Virus record (IMG/VR): IMGVR_UViG_3300021399_000105
Span: 64,001-128,000 of that record
Source of the DNA: a virus
Taxonomy: Duplodnaviria; Caudoviricetes
Reading direction: 5' to 3' (one strand)
DNA length: 64,000 bases
The notes beneath the pieces were generated by a model that saw nothing but the letters and a program-made list of their open reading frames with translations, had not been told where the DNA came from and did not search any database. Below, piece after piece: positions 23,595-35,359 of the stretch (positions are counted from its first letter, which is position 1; every line of letters starts with the position of its first letter). The position numbers and the translations under genes were made by a program.

Positions 23595-23967
23595 AACAGT
23601 AGTATTTGACTTTGATGGAGTTATTCATAAATATAGTAAGGGTTGGTGTGATGGAAGTATTTATGATGACGTTAATTTAGATGTGGTTGATGTGATGTAT
23701 AAACTTATGACAATGGGTTATAGTGTTGCTATAGTTTCAACTAGAAGTCCAGAACAAATAGTTTCTTGGTGGAATAAACAGGATTTTCCAATGAAAGCTA
23801 AATTAGATAACAATTGTAAGTTTTGGAATGATACACAAAATGTTGGTGTGTTTAATAGGAAAATACCGGCTATGATTTATATTGATGATAGAGGTTTTAA
23901 ATTTGATGGTAATAATGTGAACAATTTATTGAATGATATCATTAGTTTTAAGACATGGCAAAATTAG
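23587..23967 (+). CDS. HAD-superfamily phosphatase-like protein
   Basis: VVFDFDGV motif I, STR, YIDDRG motif IV. Confidence 0.8.
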   Translation: MSKTVVFDFDGVIHKYSKGWCDGSIYDDVNLDVVDVMYKLMTMGYSVAIVSTRSPEQIVSWWNKQDFPMKAKLDNNCKFWNDTQNVGVFNRKIPAMIYIDDRGFKFDGNNVNNLLNDIISFKTWQN

Positions 23968-24130
23968 TAAGGAGGAATAATGAAGGGTCTATTTATTGAA
24001 GCTAGAATGAAAAGATGTCAAAATTGTAAATATTTATTTAATAAGGGCATAATGTTTGCTTGTGAACGTAGTGGGTATTATATAGAGCCTGTTAAGTATA
24101 TTTGTTTAAAGAAAGTAAGGAGAGATAAAG

Positions 24131-26245
24131 ATGTTAACGATAGAGCAGAAAACTGAAATAAATAAAGCAAGTATTGAATTATTTAATTGTTATTTAGATG
24201 AAAATGTAACATCCAATCAACCTGGAAGTCAAGAGGCGTTATTACAATTGGGTGTTTTAGTTGATAAAGATGTGCCATCTTATGTATACAGTTTAGTTCG
24301 AGATAAGTATGCAGATTATAGTGTTAAATTTAATCAAACTTTTCATAAAGCATTTGGTATTGTAAGAGATACTCCTGATTACGTATTGTTTATACAACAA
24401 GTTATACACTATGTAACAACGTATGGATTTGAATCTTTAGGTGTGTATAGTGATAATACAGTATATATTCCATGTGAACAGCTAGATATACTTAAAACAA
24501 ATTTTCGTTTAAGTGAATGTGCTAATTTAAAACTTATAGCTGTACGTGGTGTTAGTTCTAAGGAGCTTACACAATTAGTTACTGACTTGTGTAAGTCTAA
24601 TATTGCGTTATCAGATACTACTTTAAAAAATTTATTAGTTTTAAAAGATTATATAAATCCAGCTGTACTTAATGATTTGGAAGATATTAAAAATAAAGAA
24701 TTAAGAGTTATTCTATACAAAGAGCTAAATATATTACCTAATAATCCAATAGAGTTTTTAAGATATTTAATCTTCGTAAGTTGTAGCACTACTATGTTAA
24801 TAAAGAGTAAAGACTTGTATCGTAAATTATCAGCTTTAGATAATGTGAATAGAACTAAAATATACAATTTATTTAAATTATATTTTAATAAGTATGGGGA
24901 ACAATATAGTTATTGTAAATTAGGTGAAGTGTTTTTAAGATATAGAAAGTTATTTATATGTATGAAGTGGCGTTCAAATACACATACAGACGAAGAAGCT
25001 GTTATTAAAAAAGAATTAAATAAAATAATAAACAAGCTTAGACATAGTTATGCAGATAAATATCACAAAACTGTACAATGTGATTTTGATACAACGGAAA
25101 TTACAAACTACCTATCTAGAAACGTAATAACGGAACAAGATGAATCAAGCTATTATACATATATAACAAATTTAACAAATCGTTTAAAGAATCTATCTAT
25201 ATACAAACTAATAAGTACATACAATGGATTGGCTTATACATATCAAACGTATAATAGTTATAAAGAATTAAATTCGAATGTTCAATATAAAGTATATAAA
25301 ATAAGAAACGGTAAAACATATGTTAATAAAATTAGTTTAAACCATGTTTTATATTCTAATTTACACAAATTAAAATCTATAATGGATTATATCTTAAATA
25401 TAATAGTAGCACAAGTTAATACAAACTTTAAAAATAGTGTACAATATAAAATTAGAATTCCTTCTTGTGTTAATTATGCTTGTCCTACTTCAGAAAAATT
25501 ATTTATAGGCAATATTCCAGAAGGCACTATGATACAAACAAATAACATAGATGATGGTGTGGTATTTGGTGTACACTGGTATAATGTGGGAGATGAAAGG
25601 GTTGATTTAGATTTACATGTTTCAAATTTACTTACTCATATAGGTTGGAATGGTAATTATAAGAATACAGATGATGGTGAAATATATTTTAGTGGAGATA
25701 TAACTAATGCACCTTTACCAGATGGAGCTAGTGAGTGTATGTATATAAGAGGAGTTAAACAAACAAATTATTTGGTAACTCTAAATAATTATAACGCATC
25801 ACACCTAGATGTTCCATATAAGTTATATATTTCTAAAGCTAATAAAGAAGACGTGGAAAAACAACACACTTTTGATATTAACAAATTATTAGTATGTTGT
25901 GATAATATAATAAGTCATAATACTAATAACGTTAACATAGGACAACTTGTTGTTGATAATAATTGTATGAAATTTATATTTGATTGTAATAGCATAAATA
26001 GTAACATAAGTATACCTAATACAAATATTATTGATGTTATATTAAAATACAGACAAGCAAAAGTAACAAGTCAATTAACATTTAGAGAATTGTTTAGTGC
26101 ACTTAATAACTTTAATAACTGTGATAAGTTTATTGTAGTGGATGAAAACTATAGTGGAAGTGTAGATATTGATTTGAGTTTTAATAAACTAGATAAAATG
26201 TCATTTTTAAATATATTACAAGGGAGGAAACTAAATTTTGAGTAA
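24131..26245 (+). CDS. Large protein with C-terminal TerD-related domain
   Basis: GVHW..RVDLDLH..IGWN..FSGDITNAP..GASE. Confidence 0.55.
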   Translation: MLTIEQKTEINKASIELFNCYLDENVTSNQPGSQEALLQLGVLVDKDVPSYVYSLVRDKYADYSVKFNQTFHKAFGIVRDTPDYVLFIQQVIHYVTTYGFESLGVYSDNTVYIPCEQLDILKTNFRLSECANLKLIAVRGVSSKELTQLVTDLCKSNIALSDTTLKNLLVLKDYINPAVLNDLEDIKNKELRVILYKELNILPNNPIEFLRYLIFVSCSTTMLIKSKDLYRKLSALDNVNRTKIYNLFKLYFNKYGEQYSYCKLGEVFLRYRKLFICMKWRSNTHTDEEAVIKKELNKIINKLRHSYADKYHKTVQCDFDTTEITNYLSRNVITEQDESSYYTYITNLTNRLKNLSIYKLISTYNGLAYTYQTYNSYKELNSNVQYKVYKIRNGKTYVNKISLNHVLYSNLHKLKSIMDYILNIIVAQVNTNFKNSVQYKIRIPSCVNYACPTSEKLFIGNIPEGTMIQTNNIDDGVVFGVHWYNVGDERVDLDLHVSNLLTHIGWNGNYKNTDDGEIYFSGDITNAPLPDGASECMYIRGVKQTNYLVTLNNYNASHLDVPYKLYISKANKEDVEKQHTFDINKLLVCCDNIISHNTNNVNIGQLVVDNNCMKFIFDCNSINSNISIPNTNIIDVILKYRQAKVTSQLTFRELFSALNNFNNCDKFIVVDENYSGSVDIDLSFNKLDKMSFLNILQGRKLNFE

Positions 26246-27020
26246 AAAGAAGTTAAGCGGATTGAAAGTGATAAGAGAACACTTTAATATAACTCCAGAC
26301 CAGTTAGCTGCTAAGTTAATGTTATTAAATGATGTTAATATACAACGTGTTATACGAGGTCAAGATATATTGGATATGGAATCTAAATCTATAGTAGATA
26401 GTGAAGATATTATACTAAGAGGATTAGAGTGTATATTTAATTTACCAAAAGAATGTTATATAAATAAAACATTAGCTGAGGCAACCTTAAATAATCTTAA
26501 AAAAGTTGATATTAAAAGAAATACATCTAAATCAAAATCAAATATTCATAAAACTGTAACGGGATTAACTATTAGAGGTAGTTCTGTTAATGGAGAACAA
26601 TTTTACAAAACAATATATTTACCTTTAGACATATCCCAAAATGTGATAAATCATGTATACGATGAGTATATAAATAATAGAGGTCCAGTAAAAGATGAAC
26701 AGGAATTTATAGATTTGATGGAGCAAATTAAACAAGAGTTATTTAAATATTCTCAAGAGAGTATGGAGGAGTTTTATGAAAATTTTGATATATCTAAGTA
26801 TGATACACGTAGTTTAGACCGCAATACTTTAGTTAATGACTTTTCATCGAAAGAAGCAATTACTACTTATATTGAACATGCTAATTTTGTATATAATGCT
26901 ATATTAGATTACGGTATAACAGATTATAAAAAGTTAAGTGTTATTTTTCCTTATATATGTGATAAGTACATAGATGAAATAATTGATGATGATTCCACAG
27001 ATAATTTAGATGATATATAG
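26238..27020 (+). CDS. Protein with N-terminal XRE-like HTH
   Basis: LKVIREHFNITPDQLAAKL. Confidence 0.5.
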   Translation: MSKKKLSGLKVIREHFNITPDQLAAKLMLLNDVNIQRVIRGQDILDMESKSIVDSEDIILRGLECIFNLPKECYINKTLAEATLNNLKKVDIKRNTSKSKSNIHKTVTGLTIRGSSVNGEQFYKTIYLPLDISQNVINHVYDEYINNRGPVKDEQEFIDLMEQIKQELFKYSQESMEEFYENFDISKYDTRSLDRNTLVNDFSSKEAITTYIEHANFVYNAILDYGITDYKKLSVIFPYICDKYIDEIIDDDSTDNLDDI

Positions 27021-27064
27021 TTTTTCATTACCATGTTGCTAAATAATACATATTGTAAAATCAA

Positions 27065-27122
27065 GTAAAATATTAGTGATTTAAAAGTTATATAGTAAAA
27101 CTTAAATCACTAATATTTTTTT
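27065..27122 (+). terminator. Inverted repeat/terminator overlapping a GTAAAATATTA motif
   Basis: AAAATATTAGTGATTTAA...TTAAATCACTAATATTTT. Confidence 0.65.
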
Positions 27123-27181
27123 ATTTTCTAATAAAAAGTTTTACTACTAAGATTATATTTTAAGGAGATAAATAATAAATT

Positions 27182-30100
27182 ATGGCAATAGTAACTCCAA
27201 CGATAAATAGAATAATTAGAATAAATGAATATGATTTATTACACACTAGAGTACAGCAATACAATATGTATATGTGCATGGATAGCAAAAAATTATACTA
27301 TGATGAAAACAATAATAGAAGAATTCCATATGCATATCAAGGTGTTAAAACAATAAACGATTTAACAAATAAAATAACACCTTCTTTAGGCGTTGTATAT
27401 TACTGTTGGGAGGATAATTCATTATGGTTATGGAATAACAAATGGATAGTATTGTGGACGGATAATACGTATCCTAGTGCTTATATGTACGATGATTTTG
27501 ATAATATATCTCCAGTGTATAGTACAGATAATCCATCAGCACCTGTAGATAACAACGGAATGTTAAGAGACGGTTCAATAATAGTTCGTGATAGACAAAG
27601 AATTATTAAAGGTAAATTATATATAGATGATGCTGAAGACAATTTAATAATTAGTTCTTATCTAGGTGGAGGTATAAGATTACTTCCAAATGGATTAATG
27701 GATAGCAATGGTGAAGTATTTATTGGAGATGAAGGTTTATCTTTTATACGTAGTCAATTACATATAGTAGATAACGAGGAATATATAGATTATAGCACAA
27801 ATCCTGATTTAGATGATAATCCATATCAAAATAGTAGCCATATATACAAAGTTTTTCATGAAGGTAACTTAGATACTAGTTTAATAAGAGAAATAACTGC
27901 AGAGGAAATATATAATAAACTTGTAGCTGGAAAAAGTGAATTACCAAATCCATTTAATTTTAATGTAGCACAGTTAGATGGCTTGGGTAAAGATGACTTT
28001 GCACGAACACAACATACACATATAAGTGATGAAATAACTGATTTTAATACAGCAGCTAGAGCTCAAGCAAAATATGAAATACGACAAACATTAAATAATA
28101 TAACAACTGAAGGAATAGATATTTCGTATAATTCAACATTAGATAATTATAATTTATCTGCTAATTCTTTTAATTTAACCTTTACAGGTGGTGCTACTGG
28201 AAATAATAGAGTAAGTCATTTACAAGACACTACCATAAATTTAGTAGTAGATGGTACAAAACATTCACATCAAAATTATATAGATAGAATGAATGATTTA
28301 CAAAATCAAATAAATAATCTAGATATAATGGATAGAGACGACTACTATACAAAGATGCAAACTGATGCTTTGATAGAAGATATAAAAGGTACAGCTACAC
28401 CAACTCCAAATAAACCTTTATTAGTTAATAGTGATAATAATTTACCTGGAAATGCAATAAGTGCTAGTAAATTAGATAGTGTAAAACATATTGTTTTAAA
28501 TGGAGATATTACTGGAACAGTAGATACAGATTTTAGTACACAAGATATTATAATAAATACTAGTGCAAGTAACATACTAAGTTCTACACCAGTAGCTGGA
28601 AAGGCGTTAGCTGTAAACAATAATGGAGATTTACCTGGAAATGCTTTAAGTGCTTCAGGTTTAAATCATACAATATCTGTAAATGTAACAAATGAAGCCA
28701 CAGGTACAGCTATACTAGATACAACTCAAAATAGTTTTTCTATAGCATTAACATTAAATCCTGGTAATAATATAGTTCAATCTACAGATTTAGGTAATAC
28801 AGTTGCCACATTAGATGCACAACATAAGTTAACTTACAGTCAAATACCAGATACTTTACTAGAAACTACATTAAAACCTGTTGGAACGTTTAATCCAAAT
28901 AATGGAGTTCCAAGCAATACACCTTCTAATGGACAATTTTGGACAGCTGAAAATAATGGAACAATAGATGGAAAAGAAATTGATGCAGATGATTGGTATT
29001 TATATTTAAATAATAAGTGGAATGTTATAAATACATCGGAAAATGTACTAAGTGTTAATGGTAAAAAGGGTACTGTAGTTTTAACGTATGATGATGTAGG
29101 CGGTATATCTAGTGATTTAATAGACTATACTTTAGGTGATACAATTCCTGAAGGCAAGATAGTAAGAACTGATAGTGCTGGAGTAATAACTGGAGCTAGT
29201 GTATCTAATTTAACTAATCCATTTTCTTTATTAACTAGTTCCTTAGGTGATGTGATAGTCGGAGCAAATAGTGTGGCACCTAGTACAGATGGAGCAACAG
29301 ATTTGAATATTGAATTAGAGTTAACACAAAATGCTTTAGATAAAATATGGGATGCACAAGGTATAACTATACAAAATAATGGAAGTCCATTTGCACACAC
29401 ACCTAATTTAAACTTTAGTACGGATTTTGTTGTTACAAATACATCTAATCCAGATAGAACTAATGTATCAATGAGTAATTCCATAGCTCCGTATAAATAC
29501 ATTTATATAGGAGATATACAAGGTAATGACCCAGTTACATTAAATGAAGATATTTTACGTCAAATAACAGATTTTTACGAATCTAGAGCAGATAAACCAA
29601 TAATGTTGTGGGGTAGACGTGTACGTACACAAAATGATATAGATATATTTATACAGTTTGTAATAGATGGTAGTGACCCAGATATTACATCTAATACAAC
29701 AACGTACTTGTATAGTAATGTTTATTTAGATAGATTAGCTGAAACAGATAGTACTACAGGTGAAACTTCATCTAAAGCATACAAGTATAAAATTAGTTTA
29801 ACATGGAATTATGTACAAGGTGTACAAACATCTATAGTAGCTGGTGTTTTAGAATTAGATAATATACAAGGTGGATTTTATTTAACAACAGATACAGTAA
29901 GTGGTCAAGTAACTCCATTTACTCCAACTGAACCTTATCACCCTGTAACGAAGCAATATGTAGATAATAAAGAATTGCATAAATATACAACAACTATTGG
30001 AGATGGAACACAAACAGAATTTACAATAACACATAATTTAAATACACAAAACTTATTGGTACAATTTAGAGAAACAAGTTCAAAAGAGCAAGTATATATA

Positions 30101-30193
30101 GCAAACGAAATTATAAATAATAATAGTATAAAAGTTACAACAAATTCTGTATTAACGAATGGTGAAGTAACTGTTTATATATTGGGATTATAA
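27182..30193 (+). CDS. Tail fibre/virion structural protein
   Basis: 1003 aa, HTH/HSH fibre motifs, internal repeat LPGNAxSAS, VLSVNGKKGTV, TKQYVD, GDGTQTEFTITHNLNT. Confidence 0.7.
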   Translation: MAIVTPTINRIIRINEYDLLHTRVQQYNMYMCMDSKKLYYDENNNRRIPYAYQGVKTINDLTNKITPSLGVVYYCWEDNSLWLWNNKWIVLWTDNTYPSAYMYDDFDNISPVYSTDNPSAPVDNNGMLRDGSIIVRDRQRIIKGKLYIDDAEDNLIISSYLGGGIRLLPNGLMDSNGEVFIGDEGLSFIRSQLHIVDNEEYIDYSTNPDLDDNPYQNSSHIYKVFHEGNLDTSLIREITAEEIYNKLVAGKSELPNPFNFNVAQLDGLGKDDFARTQHTHISDEITDFNTAARAQAKYEIRQTLNNITTEGIDISYNSTLDNYNLSANSFNLTFTGGATGNNRVSHLQDTTINLVVDGTKHSHQNYIDRMNDLQNQINNLDIMDRDDYYTKMQTDALIEDIKGTATPTPNKPLLVNSDNNLPGNAISASKLDSVKHIVLNGDITGTVDTDFSTQDIIINTSASNILSSTPVAGKALAVNNNGDLPGNALSASGLNHTISVNVTNEATGTAILDTTQNSFSIALTLNPGNNIVQSTDLGNTVATLDAQHKLTYSQIPDTLLETTLKPVGTFNPNNGVPSNTPSNGQFWTAENNGTIDGKEIDADDWYLYLNNKWNVINTSENVLSVNGKKGTVVLTYDDVGGISSDLIDYTLGDTIPEGKIVRTDSAGVITGASVSNLTNPFSLLTSSLGDVIVGANSVAPSTDGATDLNIELELTQNALDKIWDAQGITIQNNGSPFAHTPNLNFSTDFVVTNTSNPDRTNVSMSNSIAPYKYIYIGDIQGNDPVTLNEDILRQITDFYESRADKPIMLWGRRVRTQNDIDIFIQFVIDGSDPDITSNTTTYLYSNVYLDRLAETDSTTGETSSKAYKYKISLTWNYVQGVQTSIVAGVLELDNIQGGFYLTTDTVSGQVTPFTPTEPYHPVTKQYVDNKELHKYTTTIGDGTQTEFTITHNLNTQNLLVQFRETSSKEQVYIANEIINNNSIKVTTNSVLTNGEVTVYILGL

Positions 30194-30213
30194 TAGAAAG
30201 GAAAAAATAGTAA

Positions 30214-32502
30214 ATGGCAACAACTAGTGGTAGTTTTAGTTTAAACGATAGAGAACAAGCTAGTAGTTGGTGGTATCATACAAACCCAACTATAGCACTA
30301 ACAGTAACATGGAACTGTTCTAGAGATTCAGAGCGAAGTTTAAGTACTCATTGGTGGGGAAGTGTTGATATATCTGGTAGGTCTTATGGTTCTTTTGGAT
30401 ATACAATGAGTGTACAGATTGTTGTTAATGGTGTACAAATTGCAAATAGTGTAGCTTATGGTCCTGGACTGGTATCACATTCATTTAATTTTGATGGTTA
30501 TGTCAATATAGACTCTTCCTCAGTTACTATGAACGTTAATGGTACGTGTACTGCGGGTTCAGGTTGTAATTGGGGTAATGATGGACATAGATGGGATTCA
30601 AGAACCTTAAGTGTACCTAACTACAATCCATATTCACCTCCTAGTATATGGTTAAATCCAAATGCCGTAACAACTTTAGTGGGTAAAGTAGGTATAACTA
30701 ACTATAAAGTTTATTACAGTTTACATAAAGGCACAAATAATTTACAATGGACTAGAGCTCAATTATTTAATTATAATACTAAAGCTTTTATTAAATATTA
30801 TCAATATAATAGAACAACTTCAAGTAATGCTTATACAGATACATACTTATTAAATGAAACACAATTCCAACATGGGTCTAGATATAGATTAGCAATGAGT
30901 ACTTATGATGGTGTTAATGAGATATGGACACCGGATAGACCATCTGGTGGAGGTAATGGTGTTACAATATATACATATCAAAAACCTACAATTGGTACAA
31001 CTTTAAGTATTGATAATTCACTTCAGAATGCTTCACAAGGCAATACATTTAATATATATAATTATAACAATAGAGCTTGGTCTAATTATGAGAGTGAGTT
31101 TCAAACTAGATATAGAATACAGCCTGGAAGTGATACTTATTCTGCTTGGGTAAATGTAGGTAATTTGGGTTCAATTAATCTTACAGATGAACAAATTAGA
31201 ACATACATACCAGATACATATGACGGGATACAATCAACTGTACAATTTAAACGATATAGCCCTAGTTCGGATTGGTGGTCTGATGATATAGCTGAGGGTA
31301 ATTTAACGGTATATTATAGACCAAGAATACCTATAGTAAGCAACGATGTTACATATAAAAGAAATGATGGTAATGGAACAATTATAAATAAAAATACCGT
31401 TGTAACCAATGATTCAACTTTAAGTAATATATATGTATCTTGGAATTATGATACATCACAAGCATTAGCAGGATATGTACAAGGATACAGAATACAGATA
31501 TTAGATGAAAATAATAATATAGTACAAACATACTATACATCAAACAAATATTATAGTATACCTAAAAATGATATTCCTAGATTACAATTCACAAAGTTAA
31601 CTATAACTCCTTATTACACTGCTGGAGAACAAGACCCAGATAATTATTGGTATTATAATTTAGATACAATAGAAAAAATAAACTTTATTAAATTAGTATC
31701 TGAGCTAAATACACCTGTAATAACTTATCCAGTACAAGGAAGTAATTGGATTAACACAGATTTTAGAGTTTGTTTTGAATTACCTATAGATGACGATTAT
31801 AGTGCTGTAACAGGTACATATACTTATGAAAACATAGAGTTAATGATAAATGATACATATGTTTTAAAAATAAAAACAGGAACTAATGGTGAAACTACAA
31901 CTGGTACAACAGGTGTATATGAACAAGCATTTAGCACAGCTGCAAATGATATGACATATAGGAAGAAAATTATAATATATCCAAAATTGTGGAGTAATTT
32001 TCCAATAAGTGCTACATATAAATTAAAAGTAAGAGTTAAGAAGCAATATGGTACAGATAGTATCAACTTTAGATGGAGCAAATGGTCAGATGAAAGGGTA
32101 TTTATAGTTACACCTACTTCTTATAGTGTAAGTAGTGGAGATATTATACGTGCATTACATTATAATACTGCTAGAGATACAGTAAATAGGGTTAGATATA
32201 CATATGGTGTTGAATGGAACAATATTCCAGAAAGTGTAGTAGCTAATTCTACTATAATAAGACAAGTACAATATCCTTATAATAATTTATATAAAATAAT
32301 TGTAGATACTAAGCTAGCAGTAAATACGTATGGTCCAATTATGGAAGGTAGAGAAAATATTAAGTTAGATGCTAATGATGAAATACTTAATACTTTTACA
32401 CCTACTTTAGAAAAAGTAACTGCTTTATCACAAGAGAACAATTCACCTAATGGAAGAAACTATATGGGTATAATATATGATAGATGTAATAAATTAAAAT
32501 AA
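30214..32502 (+). CDS. Beta-rich virion structural protein (tail/baseplate)
   Basis: S/T/N/Y/W-rich, Fn3-like C-terminal segment (YKLKVRVK..WSKWS); gene context. Confidence 0.55.
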   Translation: MATTSGSFSLNDREQASSWWYHTNPTIALTVTWNCSRDSERSLSTHWWGSVDISGRSYGSFGYTMSVQIVVNGVQIANSVAYGPGLVSHSFNFDGYVNIDSSSVTMNVNGTCTAGSGCNWGNDGHRWDSRTLSVPNYNPYSPPSIWLNPNAVTTLVGKVGITNYKVYYSLHKGTNNLQWTRAQLFNYNTKAFIKYYQYNRTTSSNAYTDTYLLNETQFQHGSRYRLAMSTYDGVNEIWTPDRPSGGGNGVTIYTYQKPTIGTTLSIDNSLQNASQGNTFNIYNYNNRAWSNYESEFQTRYRIQPGSDTYSAWVNVGNLGSINLTDEQIRTYIPDTYDGIQSTVQFKRYSPSSDWWSDDIAEGNLTVYYRPRIPIVSNDVTYKRNDGNGTIINKNTVVTNDSTLSNIYVSWNYDTSQALAGYVQGYRIQILDENNNIVQTYYTSNKYYSIPKNDIPRLQFTKLTITPYYTAGEQDPDNYWYYNLDTIEKINFIKLVSELNTPVITYPVQGSNWINTDFRVCFELPIDDDYSAVTGTYTYENIELMINDTYVLKIKTGTNGETTTGTTGVYEQAFSTAANDMTYRKKIIIYPKLWSNFPISATYKLKVRVKKQYGTDSINFRWSKWSDERVFIVTPTSYSVSSGDIIRALHYNTARDTVNRVRYTYGVEWNNIPESVVANSTIIRQVQYPYNNLYKIIVDTKLAVNTYGPIMEGRENIKLDANDEILNTFTPTLEKVTALSQENNSPNGRNYMGIIYDRCNKLK

Positions 32503-32520
32503 CTTTAAAAATATAGTTAG

Positions 32521-32560
32521 AAAGCTATTATTGTAAGTAGTTATACAATAATAGCTTTTA
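32521..32560 (+). terminator. Intrinsic terminator-like hairpin
   Basis: AAAGCTATTATTGTA/TACAATAATAGCTTT. Confidence 0.7.
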
Positions 32561-32570
32561 TGTTTTGTAT

Positions 32571-32581
32571 GTAAAATATTA
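32571..32581 (+). promoter_or_regulatory. Putative phage late promoter motif GTAAAATATTA
   Basis: Recurs intergenically at 27065, 36380, 41101, 49594, 51567, 61259. Confidence 0.6.
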
Positions 32582-32612
32582 TTGAATTTTAGATGATGGA
32601 GGTAATAAGAAT

Positions 32613-34811
32613 ATGGCTCAACCAAGTGCATATTATAAAGCTGATAATATAACATGTTACCCAGGTTCAAACCAAAAGGATAACGGTAAATTAAATTTAG
32701 AGTTTAATATGGCAAGATTAGTAACTAGAGTATCTAGTAAAAACTTTTGTATAGTAAAACCTTCATTTAATTTATCACAAGTAACAGATGAAACAACTGG
32801 AGATACATTATTACAAGTAGATGTAGGTGAATGTAGTATAAATGGTATGGATTTAATTATGACAAGTCCATTAACAATAGCTCCACCGGACACAACAAAT
32901 ACGACGTTTTATTTAGCGTTTAAATTAAAAAGAGATAGTTCTAATAATGTATTGGGTGACTTTATATACGGAGTAGATACAACATTTGAAGGTGTTTATT
33001 TAACATACTTTACAGAAAAGACCGAAGATGACCCAGATAGAATGTATTTAGGAAGTCTTAAGTGGGACGGTACTAACTTCATAGACATGGAAGAAGATGA
33101 AGATAAGTATGGAAGAATATGGGCAGAAGATATACTATGTAAAATAGAAGACCCTAAACATCCTGATGTATCTAGATTAAATTTACAAGAGTGGTTATAT
33201 AATGTACCAGATTGGTATTTTTCTAAAGAGGGAGATATTATATATGGAACTTTAGAAATGACAGATGGTCGTGAAGGTTCTGGACAATCTGGTATTATTA
33301 TGAGATGTGATGATTCAAATACGTCTACTATAATAGTTAAAGCTCCTACAACAGCTATAACAGATACAGATAAAATAACAAAAATAAAAGGTTTAGATGA
33401 TGGTACAGAATTAAATATAGGTTCTTCATATATTGGTGTTAATGAGGATTATGATTATGATTTAAGAATACTAAGTCCAAATCAAATAAAAGTAATTAGT
33501 GATACAAACTTATATTTACAAGGTTCACAAGCAGCTTATTTAGGTTCTGGTGGAAATGGAAATACACCTACATTAAGATTAACAGAACATAGAGCAACCT
33601 TTTATGATAATAACTCTAATACTTTAAAATATGAGATTGATTTTTCAGACCCAGATTTAGTTAAACATACAATGGGTAAAGCAATATGGCAATATAGTGA
33701 ATTAACAGGTGATATAAGTTTATTACAAAATAATGTTAGATACTTGGATGTGGCACCTAATGCAATATTTAGACAGAATACTAGAGTAGTTAATACATTA
33801 AGTTTAGGAGCAGATGATGGTTTACCTCAAACAACTCTAACTAGAACTAATTGGATACTCAATGAAAATGTAGCTAATGGTAAATCTATAAATATAACAC
33901 CTAGTTCATTTAATTGGACAAATCCAACATTAGGTACAGATAATGTATATATAAACCTTAAAAATTCAACAGACACAATACATACAAAGATATATGACAA
34001 TGGTACTGTAGATTTACTTAATGGTAGTACTCAACCTGGAATAACTTTGAGGGATGGAGACACTAGATACGATACATCAATAAAAAAAGTTTTAAACAGT
34101 AAAACTATAGCTATAGACGGTAATATAACAAATACAGGTAATATTACATCTAATGGTTTAATTTCAGGTATAGGAGGACTACAAACAAGTAACGGTGTTT
34201 TAACGTTTGTTAATGGTAATAATAATGCTACTATAACTAAGGGTAATGGAAGTACTACATTATCTACAAGTGGTGGATTTAGTGTAGGTGCTACAGGAAA
34301 TCAACCTTTAAGTGCTGGAAATACTACAATTAACGGAACACTTAGTGCTGGTTCTAATGCTCAATTTAATGTAAACAATGCTGGAGATGTTAGTACTACA
34401 GGTACAATAACGGCAACAAGAGTATTTAATGCTGTGTATAATGATTATGCAGAGATATTTAGAAAGAATAAAGATGAAATAATTGAATATGGAGATGTTG
34501 TATGTATTAGAGAAGATGGATTAGTTTATAAAGTTTCTAATGTTAGCGACATTGATACTATTATAGGTATATGTTCAGATACGGCAGGTACAATATTAGG
34601 AGGTGCTAATATACCTAAGGATGAGCAAGTATGTGTAGGTTTAGTAGGTCAAATATGGACAAAAACAACTTTAAAAACAGTAAAACCAGGACAATGGCTA
34701 AAACCTAATTTAGATGGAACAGTTTCTTTAACTAACAATAAACAATCTAAAATAGGAATGGCTTTGTCAAATGTACAAAATGGTAAAGTACTAGTTTTAT
34801 ATAACGGATAA
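32613..34811 (+). CDS. Tail spike/fibre with C-terminal intramolecular-chaperone-like domain
   Basis: G/T/N-rich beta repeats then VFNAVYNDYAEIF...GDVV...IIGICS...VGLVGQI...IGMAL. Confidence 0.7.
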   Translation: MAQPSAYYKADNITCYPGSNQKDNGKLNLEFNMARLVTRVSSKNFCIVKPSFNLSQVTDETTGDTLLQVDVGECSINGMDLIMTSPLTIAPPDTTNTTFYLAFKLKRDSSNNVLGDFIYGVDTTFEGVYLTYFTEKTEDDPDRMYLGSLKWDGTNFIDMEEDEDKYGRIWAEDILCKIEDPKHPDVSRLNLQEWLYNVPDWYFSKEGDIIYGTLEMTDGREGSGQSGIIMRCDDSNTSTIIVKAPTTAITDTDKITKIKGLDDGTELNIGSSYIGVNEDYDYDLRILSPNQIKVISDTNLYLQGSQAAYLGSGGNGNTPTLRLTEHRATFYDNNSNTLKYEIDFSDPDLVKHTMGKAIWQYSELTGDISLLQNNVRYLDVAPNAIFRQNTRVVNTLSLGADDGLPQTTLTRTNWILNENVANGKSINITPSSFNWTNPTLGTDNVYINLKNSTDTIHTKIYDNGTVDLLNGSTQPGITLRDGDTRYDTSIKKVLNSKTIAIDGNITNTGNITSNGLISGIGGLQTSNGVLTFVNGNNNATITKGNGSTTLSTSGGFSVGATGNQPLSAGNTTINGTLSAGSNAQFNVNNAGDVSTTGTITATRVFNAVYNDYAEIFRKNKDEIIEYGDVVCIREDGLVYKVSNVSDIDTIIGICSDTAGTILGGANIPKDEQVCVGLVGQIWTKTTLKTVKPGQWLKPNLDGTVSLTNNKQSKIGMALSNVQNGKVLVLYNG

Positions 34812-34837
34812 ATTTTTGTATAAGGCGGTAATGTTTA

Positions 34838-35359
34838 ATGGGTAAAAGTAACAAAGGTGCTAGAAGAATGTTAGAAAGAATATTTGGAAAAATATGTATG
34901 ATTGAACATTTAGGAATACATAGTATACCTCAAAGTAAAAGAAAGCGAATAAAAGGATATAGACAAACAGATGACCAATTAACTTACCATCATATACATG
35001 AGAGAGTAAATGGTGGTAGAACAACCATTAGTAATGGTGCACTTGTAAAAGGATATAACCATCAGTGGTTACATAAGTTACCCGAAAAACAAAAACAAGA
35101 TGTAAATAATGCTATATTAGAATTTAAAGCTACTGTAATTCAAATAGTTGGAGACGAAGTTAGAACAATAGATGGTAAGTTTATATGTTTTGATACTTTG
35201 GACCCACAAGAACCAGATACTTATAAAAAGACAATTAAGGTTGAAGATAATGATGAAGAGATATTGATAAAACGAGAGAAGTTCAAAAGAGCAAGAGAGC
35301 AACAAAAGTTTAGACGTAAAGTACGAGAAGGAATTGACGAGTTTTATGAAGATAAATAA
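34838..35359 (+). CDS. HNH-like endonuclease-domain protein
   Basis: TYHHIHERVNGGRTTISNGALV..NHQWLH. Confidence 0.65.
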   Translation: MGKSNKGARRMLERIFGKICMIEHLGIHSIPQSKRKRIKGYRQTDDQLTYHHIHERVNGGRTTISNGALVKGYNHQWLHKLPEKQKQDVNNAILEFKATVIQIVGDEVRTIDGKFICFDTLDPQEPDTYKKTIKVEDNDEEILIKREKFKRAREQQKFRRKVREGIDEFYEDK

